A stretch of 64,000 nucleotides of DNA from Eledone cirrhosa. Taxonomy: Eukaryota. Under the pieces are notes generated by a model. It had not been told where the DNA came from and did no database searches. It saw nothing but the letters and a program-made list of their open reading frames with translations. The translations under genes were made by a program, and so were the position numbers. The stretch covers positions 387,252,001-387,316,000 of the forward strand of contig OZ024741.1 of NCBI GenBank assembly GCA_964016885.1. Direction: 5' to 3'. Positions 1 through 40,839 of the stretch are shown piece after piece (position 1 is the stretch's first letter; the number at the start of each line of letters is the position of its first letter).

Positions 1-210
1 GGTTGTGGAACCAACCAACCAACCAGAAATTTATAAGTTTGTAAATTTGTAAATTTATAAATTTATAAATTTATAAATATATAATAAATTGAAGTGAAAG
101 CAACTGGTGCGTGTGTTTCTTATTGGCAACATGACCCTCCCAAAGTATAACAATATCGTTTTCAACACACGATTTCAGATAAAGAATCTTGCTAAACAAA
201 TTCAGAAACG

Positions 211-212
<2 letters not shown>

Positions 213-262
<50 letters not shown>
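213..262. repeat. (TA)n microsatellite
   Basis: Pure TA run followed by a CAT-repeat retroposon tail; the source of the spurious YIYI ORFs. Confidence 0.95.
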
Positions 263-264
<2 letters not shown>

Positions 265-1560
265 TTATCATTATTTTTATGTCCACTTTTCCATGATGGC
301 ATGAACTGGAAAAAACCTACAGCGGGATGCCCCTCTTGATGTCAACCCTATTTTTAAAGTATGGTTCTTATTTCACTGATCTTCATACATTTTACTGTAG
401 GACCTTTTCTAAGCTTTGGAGTTTTTCCTCTGCAACTTCTGCAATGATTACTGTGTCATCATGTTTTTGAACTCCAATAGTATTACCACAGCAATTATGT
501 TGAATAGTATGGAGTCAAAGACTGAGTCCTGGTAAACATCTATATGTACACTAACTTTTTACCAGAACTCATTGCCAATCCTAACCTTGTTCAAGATCCT
601 CTTTAACTTTAGGAAAGGCATAGAAATCTTGTCAAACAAAAGATTGGGAGGACCCATTAGTTGTGTCATGGACATGACAGCCTCCCTAGTTCTGGCAATC
701 TACACAGTAAAAGCACCCAGTACATGCTGTAAAGTGATTGGTGAGGAGGAAGGGCTTCCAGCCATAGAAAGTTTGCCAAACAAGGGGTTAGAAGGACTGT
801 CAAAAGACACAACTACTTTTCCTCTGCACTTGATATGATCGTACATAAGTGGGATACAGACCCCTCAGCCTGTCTGTGAGGTCAGTAGCTCTGCTTCTGT
901 ACAGACTTGGTCTATGTAGACCCATCCAACCCTTGCTAACAAGGAAAGCAAACATTAAATGATGATAATGATGTATTTCACTAAAAATACTCTAATGAAA
1001 TGGTTAACCATCAGACTGCCCTGTCAGAGCTGATCTACTGTTAAACATCAAATATTTCAGCCCAGTCAGAAAGCCCCTACATGATCATATGAACTACTAG
1101 AAATAACAGTCGTATCTCCATCAAATTACACTCTACTGAGTTGAGAAAGGAAAGTACAAGTTGGATAATGTGGTCCTAGATAAACTGTATCTACAAAAAA
1201 CCCCACAAAAACCAGGGAGTCACATATAGAGGGTTTTTGCTGATAGATCTGACTGGTACTAATAAACAACATCAGAAACAACAACAATTTGGCCTTGACC
1301 CAAATTACTAATTGCTGTCAATAAATAACTTGTATCTCAGACTATTTGATATGTTAATAAGGACAATGTTCGGTTATATAGTGTAACATACATATTAAAA
1401 TCTAAAAACATGTCAACTAGAGAACTTCTTGACTTGATTCAATTGAGTAACCCATTCATTGTTAGATCTCTAATGAAACACACAGTCTATGATTTTCAAA
1501 TCATTTCGAAAAGAATCGAGAATTTGGAAGGACTTAATAATATAACTAACTTTATCATTA

Positions 1561-1765
1561 TTAACCCTTAAGCATTTATATTACTCTATATATACTATTG
1601 TATTTTCACAGTAAAGGCTTTACCTCACATAATATCGAAGCTATGTTATTTATTTTGAGAACAAAACCTTAACATGAGTATCAGCAGCCAATTACAGCTG
1701 GTTTGAACTAAAAGAGGTGAGAGAATTCTGGCCGGATATGGCCAGTTTAAATGCTAAAGGGTTAA
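1561..1765. mobile_element. piggyBac-type MITE (TTAA-CCCT...AGGG-TTAA)
   Basis: Termini ttaacccttaagcattta / taaatgctaaagggttaa; related copies at 27887-28291 and 36696-38238. Confidence 0.75.
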
Positions 1766-2029
1766 GCTGATGTATAGGACATAACTTTAAAAAAAAGTTC
1801 TAACATAAAATTATGATGAAAAATTTTTCTATTATAATTTCATGTAAGAGCTTTTGTGATGTTCCAAAAACCAGTTTAACTGTGAGAAAATTAGTTATGT
1901 TACTAAATCTCTTCAAATTCTTAATTATTTTAAATATTACAAAGCTGTTTATACAAAGACAAAACACTATTAAATGGAACAAAAAAAGGAAAAGAAAAAA
2001 TGAAAAAGAAAAATCAATTAAACAATTGA

Positions 2030-2500
2030 AGAAAGGGAGAGCGCGGGGACAGACACTGCACCCCAGTCTGAGCGGTGTTTCAGCTGCACCCTGTGGATAA
2101 AATGGCAAAAACATTACTTTGGAGAATGGCCAGAGATACCCACTGCAAAAGCCACCTCACCTCACAGGGCTCTTTCTTCTCAAGCAGGCTGCTGTCTTTC
2201 CAATTTTACAGAAGAAATCAGCAATGTGAGGACCAAGGACACCAGAGGTGGAGACCAAAATAAAGAGAAAGCAGTCAGTCAGGACCCCAGTATTTAATTA
2301 TCTTCCTTTCCTCTGCATTAAGGGTAATGGAACCCGGGTTTGTAACCAAAGCTACATGGTTGGAAGCAGAGAACTAGTCACATCCCAAATTAGGAATTAG
2401 CTTCCCTCGAAAAGGCAAGTGGGTTAATTCATCATGGCGCTTGGCAGCTGGCTCCAATTGTGACATGAAACCAGCTGGGTTGAGGCGCCTTTGGAACAGA
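2030..2500 (-). mobile_element. CRE-like non-LTR retrotransposon 3' fragment (decayed)
   Basis: Minus strand reads EPCEVRWLLQWVSLAILQSNVFAILSTG, matching the RLE C-terminus of the other copies. Confidence 0.6.
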
Positions 2501-3059
2501 TTATTTCATGTTGAATAGTATGGAGCCAAGGACTGAATCCTGGTAAACATCTATATGTACACTAACAGCTTGATTTATTGTAAGTTTTTCAAAACTGCTT
2601 AAGCATTTTACATAAATGTGTAACAAATTCCCTTTCATTACCATATTTCTAATAAATAAAAAATACGATGAAAATTATCAAGAATTTGAAGGGATTTATT
2701 TTTATAACTTTCTGGTGTTTGAAACATAACAAAGGTTCATACATGATGGAAGGTTTTTAGATAAATATAAACATTTAGATAAATATAAACATTTCAATAG
2801 TTTTGAAGGCAAAAGGCCAGCAATTTTCTGTTAAGTGGAAAGGCAATTAAATCTACCCAAGCAGAGCTTCCATTACAATTTGGGGCTGAGGTGGGTGGAG
2901 GCTTAAGTATATATACTGTACCTGAGTATTATTATTATTATTATTAGCTGCCACTATTTTATCACCAACATGAGACGTGAGTATGTTGTTGTCTCCTGTT
3001 TGGAAACTGGTAGTGTTGTCTGTTGTTATTGTTGACAAAGATGATGAAGGAATTTCTGG

Positions 3060-3570
3060 GGGACAACCGAGCCGCTACCAGAGTAAAAGATAACAATATA
3101 GTGAGGAGCACTGGGAAACCTCTCTAATAATTTTTGAGGCAAGCCAGCACGCTTGCGGCGTTACCTTGGGTGATGGCGAGACTGATACGCTGGAACAACC
3201 AAGCACCCTCACGAGCTTCACCAGTTACCTCTGTTAGGTGAGCTGCCAGTGAAGATAGGAATCTTGCAGTCCGACTCCTCTAAACGTCTCAAATGCCACA
3301 GGCTAGAAAATATAGTTGGCTGACAGATCACAATATTTTAGGATTTTGTTCCATTTGGCTGCAGAAGCTGTGGCTCTGACCCTAACCGCAGCATCCAGGA
3401 TGTGGAAAGAAGCAGAAGAGTCACTAACTGTGATGTCCCAGACAAGGCACAGGGTAAGGCCGTCAGGTCTTTTCCCATCAATTGTGGACAACCCAGACGG
3501 TTCCAAAATTGAGAGGATGTTTGTCCAGGCCAAAGCTCTATTGAAAATGAGGTTTAGCTCTGTGTGACGC
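3060..3570 (-). mobile_element. CRE-like retrotransposon RLE-domain fragment
   Basis: ILEPSGL...DGKRPDGLTL..WDITV....KILKY; a close inverted relative of 6930-7420. Confidence 0.85.
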
Positions 3571-3679
3571 GAGAAATTAAAAACACGATCATACTAACAT
3601 ATTTAGAGTCAGTAGAAAATCAGTGTAGTAAAAACCAAAGAATAAGTATATTGAAACAAATTATTAGCACCGCAAGGCT

Positions 3680-4730
3680 TACCAAGTACTTTACTTTCTC
3701 AACCCTAGAAGGATGAAAAGCAAAGTTGACCTCTGCAAACCCAATAATAATAATTGTTTCTACTTTTGGCACAAGGCCAGCAATTACCCCAGTGCATTAC
3801 TAGTACTTTATTTTATCGACCCCGTAAGGATGAAAGGCAAAGTTAATCTGGCAGGATTTGAACTCAGAACATAAAAGACCATAACTCTATGCTGCAAAGC
3901 ATGGTGTCTGACGCTCTACCAATACTGCCAAACCACTAATAATAATAATAATGGTTTCTGATTTGGGCACTAGGTCAACAATTTTGTTTTGGTGGGAGAA
4001 AGTCGATTAAATCTACCCTAGTGTGTTACTGGTATTTTATTTTATCGACCCTGTAAGGATGAAAGGCAAACCTAATCTCGGCACGATTTGAACTCACAAC
4101 CTAAAGGGATGTAACTTTATGCCGCAAAGGATGTTATCCAATGCTCTACCGATTCTGCCAATCCACAACAATAATAATAAATCGTAATTGTTTCTACTTT
4201 TAGCACAAGGCCAGCATTTTGAAAGGAAGGGGGTAAATTGATTAAATCGACCCCCACCCCATGAATTACTGGTACTTTATTTTATCAACCCCATGTATGC
4301 AAAGCTAACCTCGGCAGGATTTGAAATCAGAATGTAAAGAGCCGTAAGTATGCTACAAAGCATGCTGTCCAATACTGCCACTCCACCGCCCTTTTCTAAA
4401 AGTTTAGTAAGACCCACGTGTAGCCCCTGACCAGGATTGAACCCCATACCAGGATCTCCACTGTCTGTAATACCTATCACTAGGCTACTGCAAATCCAAT
4501 TATGATAATTATCATTATAATGATTTCTAGTATAGGCACAAGGCCAGTAATTTGGGGGGAGGGGAAAGTCGATTAAATCTCCCCAGTATGTTACTGGTGC
4601 TTTATTTTATCGACCCCATAAGGATGAAAGGCAAAGTTAACCTCGGTGGGATTTGAACTCAGAATGGAAAGGCCTGTAACTCTATGCGTTACGGGCCTTT
4701 CCATTCTGAGTTCAAATCCCGCCGATATCC
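3680..4730 (-). mobile_element. Head-to-tail cluster of 4-5 tRNA-derived Deu/Nin-domain SINEs
   Basis: Repeated ~200 bp unit GGTACTTTATTTTATCGACCCCGTAAGGATGAAAGGCAAAGTTAACCTCGGCGGGATTTGAACTC (reverse of a B-box plus Deu-like core), separated by (AAT)n tails. Confidence 0.85.
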
Positions 4731-4789
4731 AATAATCCTACATCCAATAATAATAATAAATAGTATTGATAACAAAGAAAAACAATAAA

Positions 4790-7600
4790 AGTCAACTAAG
4801 AAAAGCTCCCCAACAGGAGGAAAGACCCCCTAAGGTAATTTCAGAAGGGGTGGAGAACCACATTATTATATCGCATGAAAGTACCTTCTCCTGGTTTATT
4901 TCCATCTGCTTGAATAGTTTTGCATATGCTATCCCTAAACTGCTGGAAAACGTTTGTTTGTCCAACAATACATCTGATTGGCAGAAACCTTTTTGTTTCC
5001 TCTCATCTCTCTCCACATGCACAATGTAAAATCTGGTTCCCTCATATCTTCTCTCAAGCAACAGTTCCAGCTGTTTGAATCTACCCCAACCACTTCTCAC
5101 CTCGGCTTTGAATCAAGCTCAGTGTCTATCAACTGGCAACCAACAAATGCTGTTAATGCCAAATTCAGTGAATTTGACATTAAAGGGGCTGTCTGTCTCC
5201 TCTCTTTTCTATCCTCTCTTGCACCATATATCTCAGATTCTCTCAAGAGAAGCACCCATCAGTCACTCCAGATGACCAGTTTCACTGGCACGAACCACCA
5301 GAATACTCGAGACCGGTCTACACCACTGATAACATCAGGAAGGTGATTACATCCTTCCTTGTTGGTTCTGGTGCGGGGATTGACGGCCTACGACCTCAGC
5401 ACCTCAAGGATGGTATCTCCTTATCGGTTGGTGATGTTGGACTCAAGCTCTTGGAGAGTCTGACTCAGTTTGGGAATTAGTTCTCTTCAGAGAACGTTCT
5501 CTCCTATATCCATCCATTGTTCTTTGTTGTGAAACTATTCAGACTTACAATGCCCAATGAAGATCTGCACCCCATTGCGGTTGACTACACCCTTCATCGT
5601 CTTACTGCAAAGATGTGTTTGTTATCAGTCTCTCATTCACTGAAATTTTCCCCCATCCAGTTAGGGGTGGATACCAAGCTGGGATGAGAGGCTGCTGCCC
5701 ACACTACCAGAGCCTTTACCAACTTGCCCTCCAAGTCCACCAGGGTCATCCTCAAACTTGACCTCAAGAATGCTTTCAATTCCGCCAGCTGCGATGTCAT
5801 CCTCAGCTCAGTAAGGGAGAAAGTCCCACAACTCTACCACTTTGCTTGGCAGGCGATCAAATCATCATTTCTGCCTCTGGAGTTCAACAGGGTGAGCTCC
5901 TCAGGTCCGTTCTGTTTGCACTGGGCATTGATGACATCACCAAGATGGAGGCTGAGCTGTATTTAAACATTTGGTATCTTGATGACATTTGTTTGAGGAG
6001 ACCTCTGAATAGGGTTCTTACAACTGCAAATAAAATAATTGAAGAGCTTGGTCATTGGGATCTCCAGGTCAATAGCTCCAAATGTGATCTCTGGATTCTC
6101 ACCATCAGCAGACAATAAACCTGTTTGCTTCCTTTCCATTGTGGTCGCTCTCCCATCGGCATGGGACTCCTTGGGAGTGCCAATTACAGACCCAGCTTTT
6201 GAGCCAAATTTCCAATCCAATCCTTGAGCAATTATTGAAGAACATTGAGGCAATAGAACCCCATCAAGGTTTTTTATACTCGGGAATTACCTACTGATTC
6301 CTAAGCTACTAAATATGCTCAGGATTAGCCCATCCTAGAGATTTTCGTCATGTCTCCAACGCTTTGAAGACCTAATCTTCAAGAGACTCGAGTGCTTGGT
6401 TAATGTCAGACTCTCTCCAGAGTCCTGTGGTCAGGCTGCATTGCCCAAGCAATTTGGAAGCCTTGGTCTACATAAATGTTTGTCCCTCTCTCTCCCTTGT
6501 TTCCTTTCCTCCACTCTAGTGGGTAACATCCTCTCCTTTCCAACATGGACTAGTTCCAACAGGGGGGGGGGGGGGTGAAGCTCTTCTATAATGGAGATTG
6601 CTGGCTTCGTCCGTCCCTGTCACGGTAGAGAATAAATGGAGATAGAAAGTTTGGTACAACATACATTTGAAGGCCACCTTTGACTCTTTCTCTTTGACCA
6701 GTCACATGTTCTCAAGGCGCTGCTTACTGTCTACTAGCATCAAATACTCAGGTGACTGGTTTGATGCCCTACTCATGACCAACATCAGTGGCCTACTCAG
6801 TTTGGAGGAGCTTTGTGTCTCCATTGCCCTCAAAGTGGGAACCGATGTCTGTACGGGTCTGAAATGTTGGTGTAGTAGGCTCCTTCACTCCACAGGCCTT
6901 CACAGTCTATCTTGCCATCTGAATGCTGGTCGCTTCGTGCGCCACACTGAGTTAACCCTCATCATCATGAGGGCTTTGGCTAAGACAAACATCCCCTCAA
7001 TTTTGGAACCGGCTGGGTTGCCCAGAATTGATGGGAAAAGCTCTGACGGTCTTACCCTGTGCCCCTGGATAAAGGACAGGTGTCTTATCTGGGATGTCAC
7101 AGTCAGTGATTCTTTTGCTTCTTCCCACATCCTGGATGTGGCAACAGCTACTGCTTCCGTAGCCAAATGGAACAAAATTTTGAAATACCGAGATCTGTCG
7201 GTTAACTACATTTTCCAGCCTGTGGGGGAGTCGGCCTGCTGAGTCGAGTTCTTGTCATCACTGGTGGCTTGCCTAACCGAGGTAACTTGTGATGCTCGTG
7301 AAGGCACTTGGCTGTTCCAGTGCATCAGCCATGCCATTACCTAAGGTAACACTGCAAGCATGCTTGCCTCAAAAATTATTAGAGAGCTTCTAGTGCTCGT
7401 CGTGATATCATTATCTTTTGTTCTGGCAACAGTTCATTTGTCCACCCCTTTCACTTGCCATTTAATTTCTACTCTCCTATACAGCCAGATCTGCCCTTCT
7501 TTACCCTTTCCCCCATTTTTCATTGCTTAATTTTGTTTTCATTTTTTTTCTTCTCATATTTCCATCATTGTATAATTTCTTTTTGTAAAATATAGTTGGC
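4790..7600 (+). mobile_element. CRE-clade (RLE) non-LTR retrotransposon, frameshifted remnant
   Basis: RT motifs across frames (LHPIAVDYTLHRLTAK, LKLDLKNAFNS, GVQQG, WYLDD), CxC...H...C knuckle (CWC...GLHSLSC) and RLE (DGKSSDGLTL..WDVTV..KY). Confidence 0.88.
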
Positions 7601-7967
7601 ACCTTAGAAAAACTATAGTAAACCGCGACGATCGGGTTGTTTACAAACACCTTCCATGAAACAACACTAGTACTGTGGTAATAAGTAAAAAAAATTTTTT
7701 AATTAAATTTGTGACATAAAAAAGAGGGGCTTAAAAAACAAGAAAAAATGTCAATTCTCAAACTAGTGCTTCTGTGCCTTGGTTATAATCAATATTCGCA
7801 AATACCTTACTTCAGATAATATAGGTAACAATACGAAGTTAGAGGAGAGAGCCATGGTAGCTGTAAGAGTACAGGCAACAGTGACAGTAGGAGTAAGGTG
7901 TGTGACATCATTAGATAGACACTGCAGAAAGTTCTGAGTATGATGAAATGTATTGTCAAGCATATAA

Positions 7968-8132
7968 TTGTTTTTACTTTTGGAACAAAGCCAACAATTA
8001 CCCCAGTGTATTACTGGTACTTTATTTTATCAACCCTGTAAGGATGAAAGGTAAATTTAACCTCAGTGGGATTGGAACTCAGACCGTAAAGGGCCGTAAC
8101 TCTATGCTAATACTGTCAATCCACTGCCAATT
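7968..8132 (-). mobile_element. Deu/Nin-domain SINE
   Basis: Same unit as the 3680-4730 cluster. Confidence 0.8.
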
Positions 8133-8269
8133 ATATTGTCAAACACCGATATTATATTGTCGAGCATATAATATCGAATGAATAGAAGTACACACATAAA
8201 CACACGTACACCAGATCCGAACACAGAAGAGCCAAAATCCCACTGTCACAGAAGAGCCAAAATCCCACT

Positions 8270-10260
8270 GTCATCACCTCCATCTCTTTCGCCTTCCCCA
8301 TCTCTCACTATTATGAGCAAATAGAGTCCAACGGCCCTGGTGGACAGAATAGAGAAGGCATTTCCCCGGAGGATGGAAAAGCCATTCCATCTCAAGAGGT
8401 TTGCACTTGCAGCTAGCCAGCTCAGCGCCTATTGTGGTAAGTAGAGCGGTAGCTTTAGGGCCAAGGACACCAAAAGTCTCCACTGTTAGGGGCTTGACTG
8501 CAAACCTGTCGGAGAGCAACCGATACTTGGAGATTTTACCCTCCTCAGCCCGAAATACAGCAGAGCCTGAGTTAGTTGTAGACTGTAGCAGCTTGCCACT
8601 GGAGAATGTGTCGCTGCATGTGGCATCCCTGATGAGGGATTTACCAACTCGAACTGGGAGAAGCCTGCAGCATCCAAGCCATGCTTTATGGCCTCATTGA
8701 GAGCAACAACCTGTGGAAGGTGGCTGGCACTGTAGAGACAGGAAAGCAGGTGAAGGCCAAAAGAGTCTATGGTGGATCCGCAGCAACATTTGTGTGGCTC
8801 CCAGATCCAAAGGCCAGGCCTCAGGGAAACCTTGATGCGCGGGCTATCATATCCAGCTGTGTGTCAGAAAAAAAGGAGGCTAAGGCATGGAGTCAGGCAC
8901 CGCTGTGGGGTTGTGAGGCCGGCATGCTAGCTTGTCTGAGGCCAGATTGCACTGGATAGCATCCCATATGCTCTGGGGGACTTGAAGTCAACAGGAGAGG
9001 AGAAGGGATGTCTACAGGGCTGAGTCCAAGCCAGGGGTTCCATTGTGTTTTGGGAAGTAATCAACAGTCCTGTTTCTTGCTCGTTAGTGGTTATCAAGAC
9101 TACTTACCCTTCGCTTCTGCTGATCATTATAGAAGCTGGATTCTTATAGAATTCCAGTAATGTTTAAGAGCTGATTAAACAGAACAGTTGCTAGTCCAGC
9201 AAAAATTAAGTATTAGTATTGGTGCTTTGAATTTGCTGGACTGGCAACCACTCTGTTTAATCAGCTCTTAAACATTACTGGAATTCTATAAGAATCCAGC
9301 TTCTATAATTCTCGGCAGAAGCGAAGAGGTAAGTAGTCTTGATAACCGCTAACGAGCTAACTGAATGAACACGTATCATGCCACACAAGCAGCAAGGTCA
9401 CAGATGTCTGCGGGGAAACCTTGCAAGAGTGGTGACAAATGATGGGAGCCTCCACAATTGTCAACTTAAAGTCGGCATATTTGCAGCTGTGGAAGTATCA
9501 GCTGGTCAGGTGTAAGGGCCAGACATGCTTCCAAACCAGGCTTGGGATCGGGTTGAAACAGCACCAAAGATCATGACGACGGTTCTCAAGGCCATTCTGG
9601 AGAAGGTGGACAAAGTGAAGAGGGCCATCAATTCCTACATCAATATCTTGGTAGATAGACCGTGGTGTCAGCAGCAGAGACCTCAAGCCACCTAGGAAGG
9701 TTCGGGTTAGCTGCAAAACCGCAGAAGGAGGATCCACACTGGGACTCATGCTGCAAAGAGACAAGACGGGCACACCGGTATTTCAAAAGGGGAAATGAAG
9801 TCCCAGAATGAGAACTTTTGTCAATGCGTGGGAAATTGGTGGGCCACTATCCAATCGCGGGATGGCTCAGAACAGCATGCAGTTGTGTCAAGAGATGAAC
9901 AGACAGGGTGAGCTGGGGAGACAGGGTAGGAGAGAGGACGGTGGCCATGATGCGGGAGAACATGGTGAGGTAAAGGCGGATGACCAAGTAAGAGGAAGCT
10001 GGTACATACCCAAATCGGAGAACGGGACCGTATGGTGTAATGCCAGCAGCATAGTGCTAGGGTCACTCTGGAAATAGGGGCTGTCAAGATCAAGGACACA
10101 GCCTGGCTCAGGAAGAAGAAGGACTCAATGAGGAAAGGAAACGGTAACGGTTGTAAATTCCTGAAAGAATGTGTCTGTGGACGGAATGCCGCTTCATTTC
10201 TTGGATGTCTGTAGAGTCGTTGATTTAACGGACTTCGGAGATGAGAATGCAGTAGCATAA
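8270..10260 (-). mobile_element. CRE-like retrotransposon, second subfamily, internally deleted and interrupted by a palindrome
   Basis: RLE end LSDRFAVKPLTVETFGVLGPKA...EWLF; upstream decayed coding-like sequence; RT core not found; 5' boundary approximate. Confidence 0.7.
9079..9357. repeat. ~279 bp near-perfect palindrome (MITE-like)
   Basis: GCTCGTTAGTGGTTATCAAGACTACTTAC... / ...GTAAGTAGTCTTGATAACCGCTAACGAGC; arms of ~125-135 bp. Confidence 0.9.
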
Positions 10261-11014
10261 TTAGAGGGCGACACTTTTATGGTGGCAGCACTTTTGGGTT
10301 TACTGTAGGCTATAAGTGTTCTTTTAATGCTGCAGCACTGCTGTGTGTAGGAGACGCCACCTTCATTGTTACATAAATTTCAGTTATTTTTCTTGACGGA
10401 AGTTCATTTGAGGGTATATGTTGCTCTATTTTTGTCTTTTGGACCTGGCTTTTCTGGCCAGATGGATTTTGTGCGTGATTAGGTTGTTTTTTGGTGATAT
10501 GGCCCATTGTTTTGGTCACGCCTTTTCCTGGCCAGTTCTTATTGACCAACCATCTTTTACCTTTGATTTGCAGCTGAACTTGTTTTTCGAAATTATTGTA
10601 TTCCAGCTTATTCAATATTCACTTTCCTTGCCATTAAATTACCATCAGTATATTATTTGCTTTCTGATCAAGTTACCTATAGAATGTTCCATTCTCCGAT
10701 ACTTGATGGTGTAAGGTAGGTTTTAGTAAATAGTGTGTATCATATGTATTTTACAATAGGTAAATATAGTGTTTCACAATTACTGCTACTACTGAAGATG
10801 GAGAAGTTTCCGAATCCAAATCATTGCCAAAGTCGATGGATTCAACCTCAAGCGATTCGTTAACTTCAACCCCTTCATGAAGAACATGAGTAAGTTAACA
10901 TCTGGTATGTTAAGGTGTGTCTGTGGTTAAAATCTAGATTCTGAATTTGGTGAAGTAATTCAAGGTGTGTCAACCAAAGGACAAACTAGAAAACTAAAAC
11001 ACGAGTGGTTTTTT

Positions 11015-12742
11015 TCATAAGGATCAAACAAGTTAAGTTTTATGCTATGTTATGATCAATGGAGATAAAGTGAAGGTTGTGGAATCATTTGTTGATTTCA
11101 TTGAATTAAAAGGTAAAACCGCCGAGAATATTTCAACAATGATTTTGAAAAAATTAGAGAAAGACAGAATTGATATTCAAAATTGTAGAAAGCAAGCATA
11201 TGTTAATGCTGCAGTGATATATACTGGTGTTCAGAAATGTATCAAAGAAATTAGTCAAAAAGCAGAATTTGTCGCTTGTACAAATCACTCCCTGAATTTG
11301 GCAGGTGTTCATGCAGCTTCTGTTGGAAGTGTGGAATGTTTGTTTGTAATTTTTTCCTCATCTACCCATCGCTGGGATGTTCTAACTTGAGTCACTGGTC
11401 AGTGTCAAGCGTATAAAAGAAAGTTGGTGGAATGCAAGGGGGGGGGGGGGGGGAGATGTAAGTGTTGTAAAGAAACATTTCTCAAAAATCTTAAGTGCTC
11501 CAGAAAAGTTAACTGGTCTTTTACTTGGTGCATTGCAATCATTTTACTTTTTGTGCTTTCTTAGGCTGTGGGGATCCATCCTAGAAATTAACGACACACA
11601 GACTTACCTCCAAACCAAAGGATTGAACATACAACAATGTGATATAAAACTCAGGGCATTAGAAACATTTCTAGCTGAAAAAAGGGACAAGTAATGAAGT
11701 TAAATGTGCGAAAGAAATTTGCAATGATCTGGGAATAGTCATGGAGCGTCAGCGTTGACCCAAAAAGAAGTAACAAATATTTGGTAAAGGATTACAAGAT
11801 GTTAAATTGCTATACGACATTGAATTGAGGAGAGAAATGTTTTCTTCCCTGGACAGAGTGATCCAAGAAATAACTTTAAGATTTCAACAGCTTCATGAAG
11901 TTGCTGAGAAATATGTCTTCCTTACCCCATTGAATCTTTTTGATGATAAATATGAGTGACAAATAGATTACAATCACAATGAATTTGATAAAGAGGAGTT
12001 CCTAGTTATGAGAAAAAGACTTCAGCATGTTATTGCTGTTGCTGCTGTTAAAGAGTGTAAGACATGGAAAGAAGGCCCCCTTGAACTTTTGCTGTTTATT
12101 CAAAAGTATAACTTTGGGAACTTGGTTCCAAAATAGTAATAATGCTGCGGATTTTCCTCACAATTGCTGTTAGTGTTGCTACCTATGAGAAGAGTTTTTC
12201 AAGACTAAAACTTATCAAGAATTCCTTAAGATCTACTATGAGCACCTTGCAGTTGAGAAATATTGCCATATTGTCTATAGAACGACAATTGAGACATGAA
12301 ATAGTTTCTGACAATGTCATTGAAGAATTTGCCAACAAAAAAAGCAAGAAAAGTTACTTTGAAGAAAGTTATAGTTTTCATTTCAGAAATAAAGATGGTC
12401 CTCGTTTTTTACATTTTTATTTTCCCTTTTTATGTCATTTTTGCTTTTTGTTTAACTGTTACTTATAAAATTTGAGTTTGTTTGGTGTGTATTTAAAGTA
12501 TACATTTCAGTATGTGAAAATGATATTATATTTGAGTATGTGAAAGTAATATTATATTTGCATCTGTGAAAGTAACATTAAATTTGAGTATGTGAAAGTA
12601 ATATTATAATTGTACACAAAGTAGTTAATATATATATATATAACTTTTAAAATGAGTCACTGTCCATTATGTATTTTTGTGGGGCCATGGGACGCAAACT
12701 AAAGGGCTTCCCTGGGTGGCACACACTGTAGCTACCCCACTG
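11015..12742 (+). mobile_element. Defective hAT DNA transposon (ZMYM/DUF4371-type transposase remnant) with right TIR
   Basis: ESFVDF...CTNHSLNL; hAT dimerisation motif LRIFLTIAVSVATYEKSFSRLKLIKNSLRSTMS; subterminal ~26 bp repeats at 12500-12610; terminus ...TGTAGCTACCCCACTG. Confidence 0.9.
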
Positions 12743-13293
12743 AGAGAACGAAAGTGCCGCCCGTAGGAGAATGAAAACGCCGGACCTGAAACAGGTGAAT
12801 ATCCACGCGAGTGTATTGGCTTGACTCAAAATATTCCATTAACCCTTGTGATATGCGGCCGATTGTCACAGTTGGTGGTGAATTGATGGTCGTTTTTGTT
12901 TTTGTTTTCTTTTTCCCTTTCTCTCGCTTTGGCCGTATATTTTGGTGCGTTATATTTGTAAAGTTCCTAACAATAGTAAGTTGTATTTATTATATGTGTT
13001 TATATTTGTGTCTATATTCTCATTCTGAAAGAATTGTGAGCAATTTGTAATGTAGTAATAAAGTAATAAATACTTTTCGTTTATAAATGACCTAAAAAGA
13101 AAGTACTGCACGTTCGGTAAATATCGCCAAAATACCGTAAACAGCCGAAGTTATTATCATCAGCGTTGTATTCACACCAAATATCTAGTTACACTTTTAC
13201 TCTGTTCCCACTCACAAGCAAACATCACTTCTCCGTTGTTTTTTTCTTTTCCATTTCATTAATTTTCCCCACCGACTGCATTTTTTTACTGAA
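12743..13293 (+). promoter_or_regulatory. Probable GOT1 proximal promoter / 5' UTR
   Basis: Non-repetitive, relatively CpG-retaining stretch between the hAT terminus and the GOT1 ATG. This is a positional inference; the TSS cannot be seen. Confidence 0.45.

Positions 13294-40839
<27,546 letters not shown>

Noticed and set aside
71-304. ORFs with YIYIYI tracts (also 54599, 56034, 56186, 57343, 61250)
   Set aside because: These are translations of (TA)n microsatellites.
10785-10830. CTGAAGA...CCGAA hammerhead-like string
   Set aside because: No GAAA box and no convincing stems.
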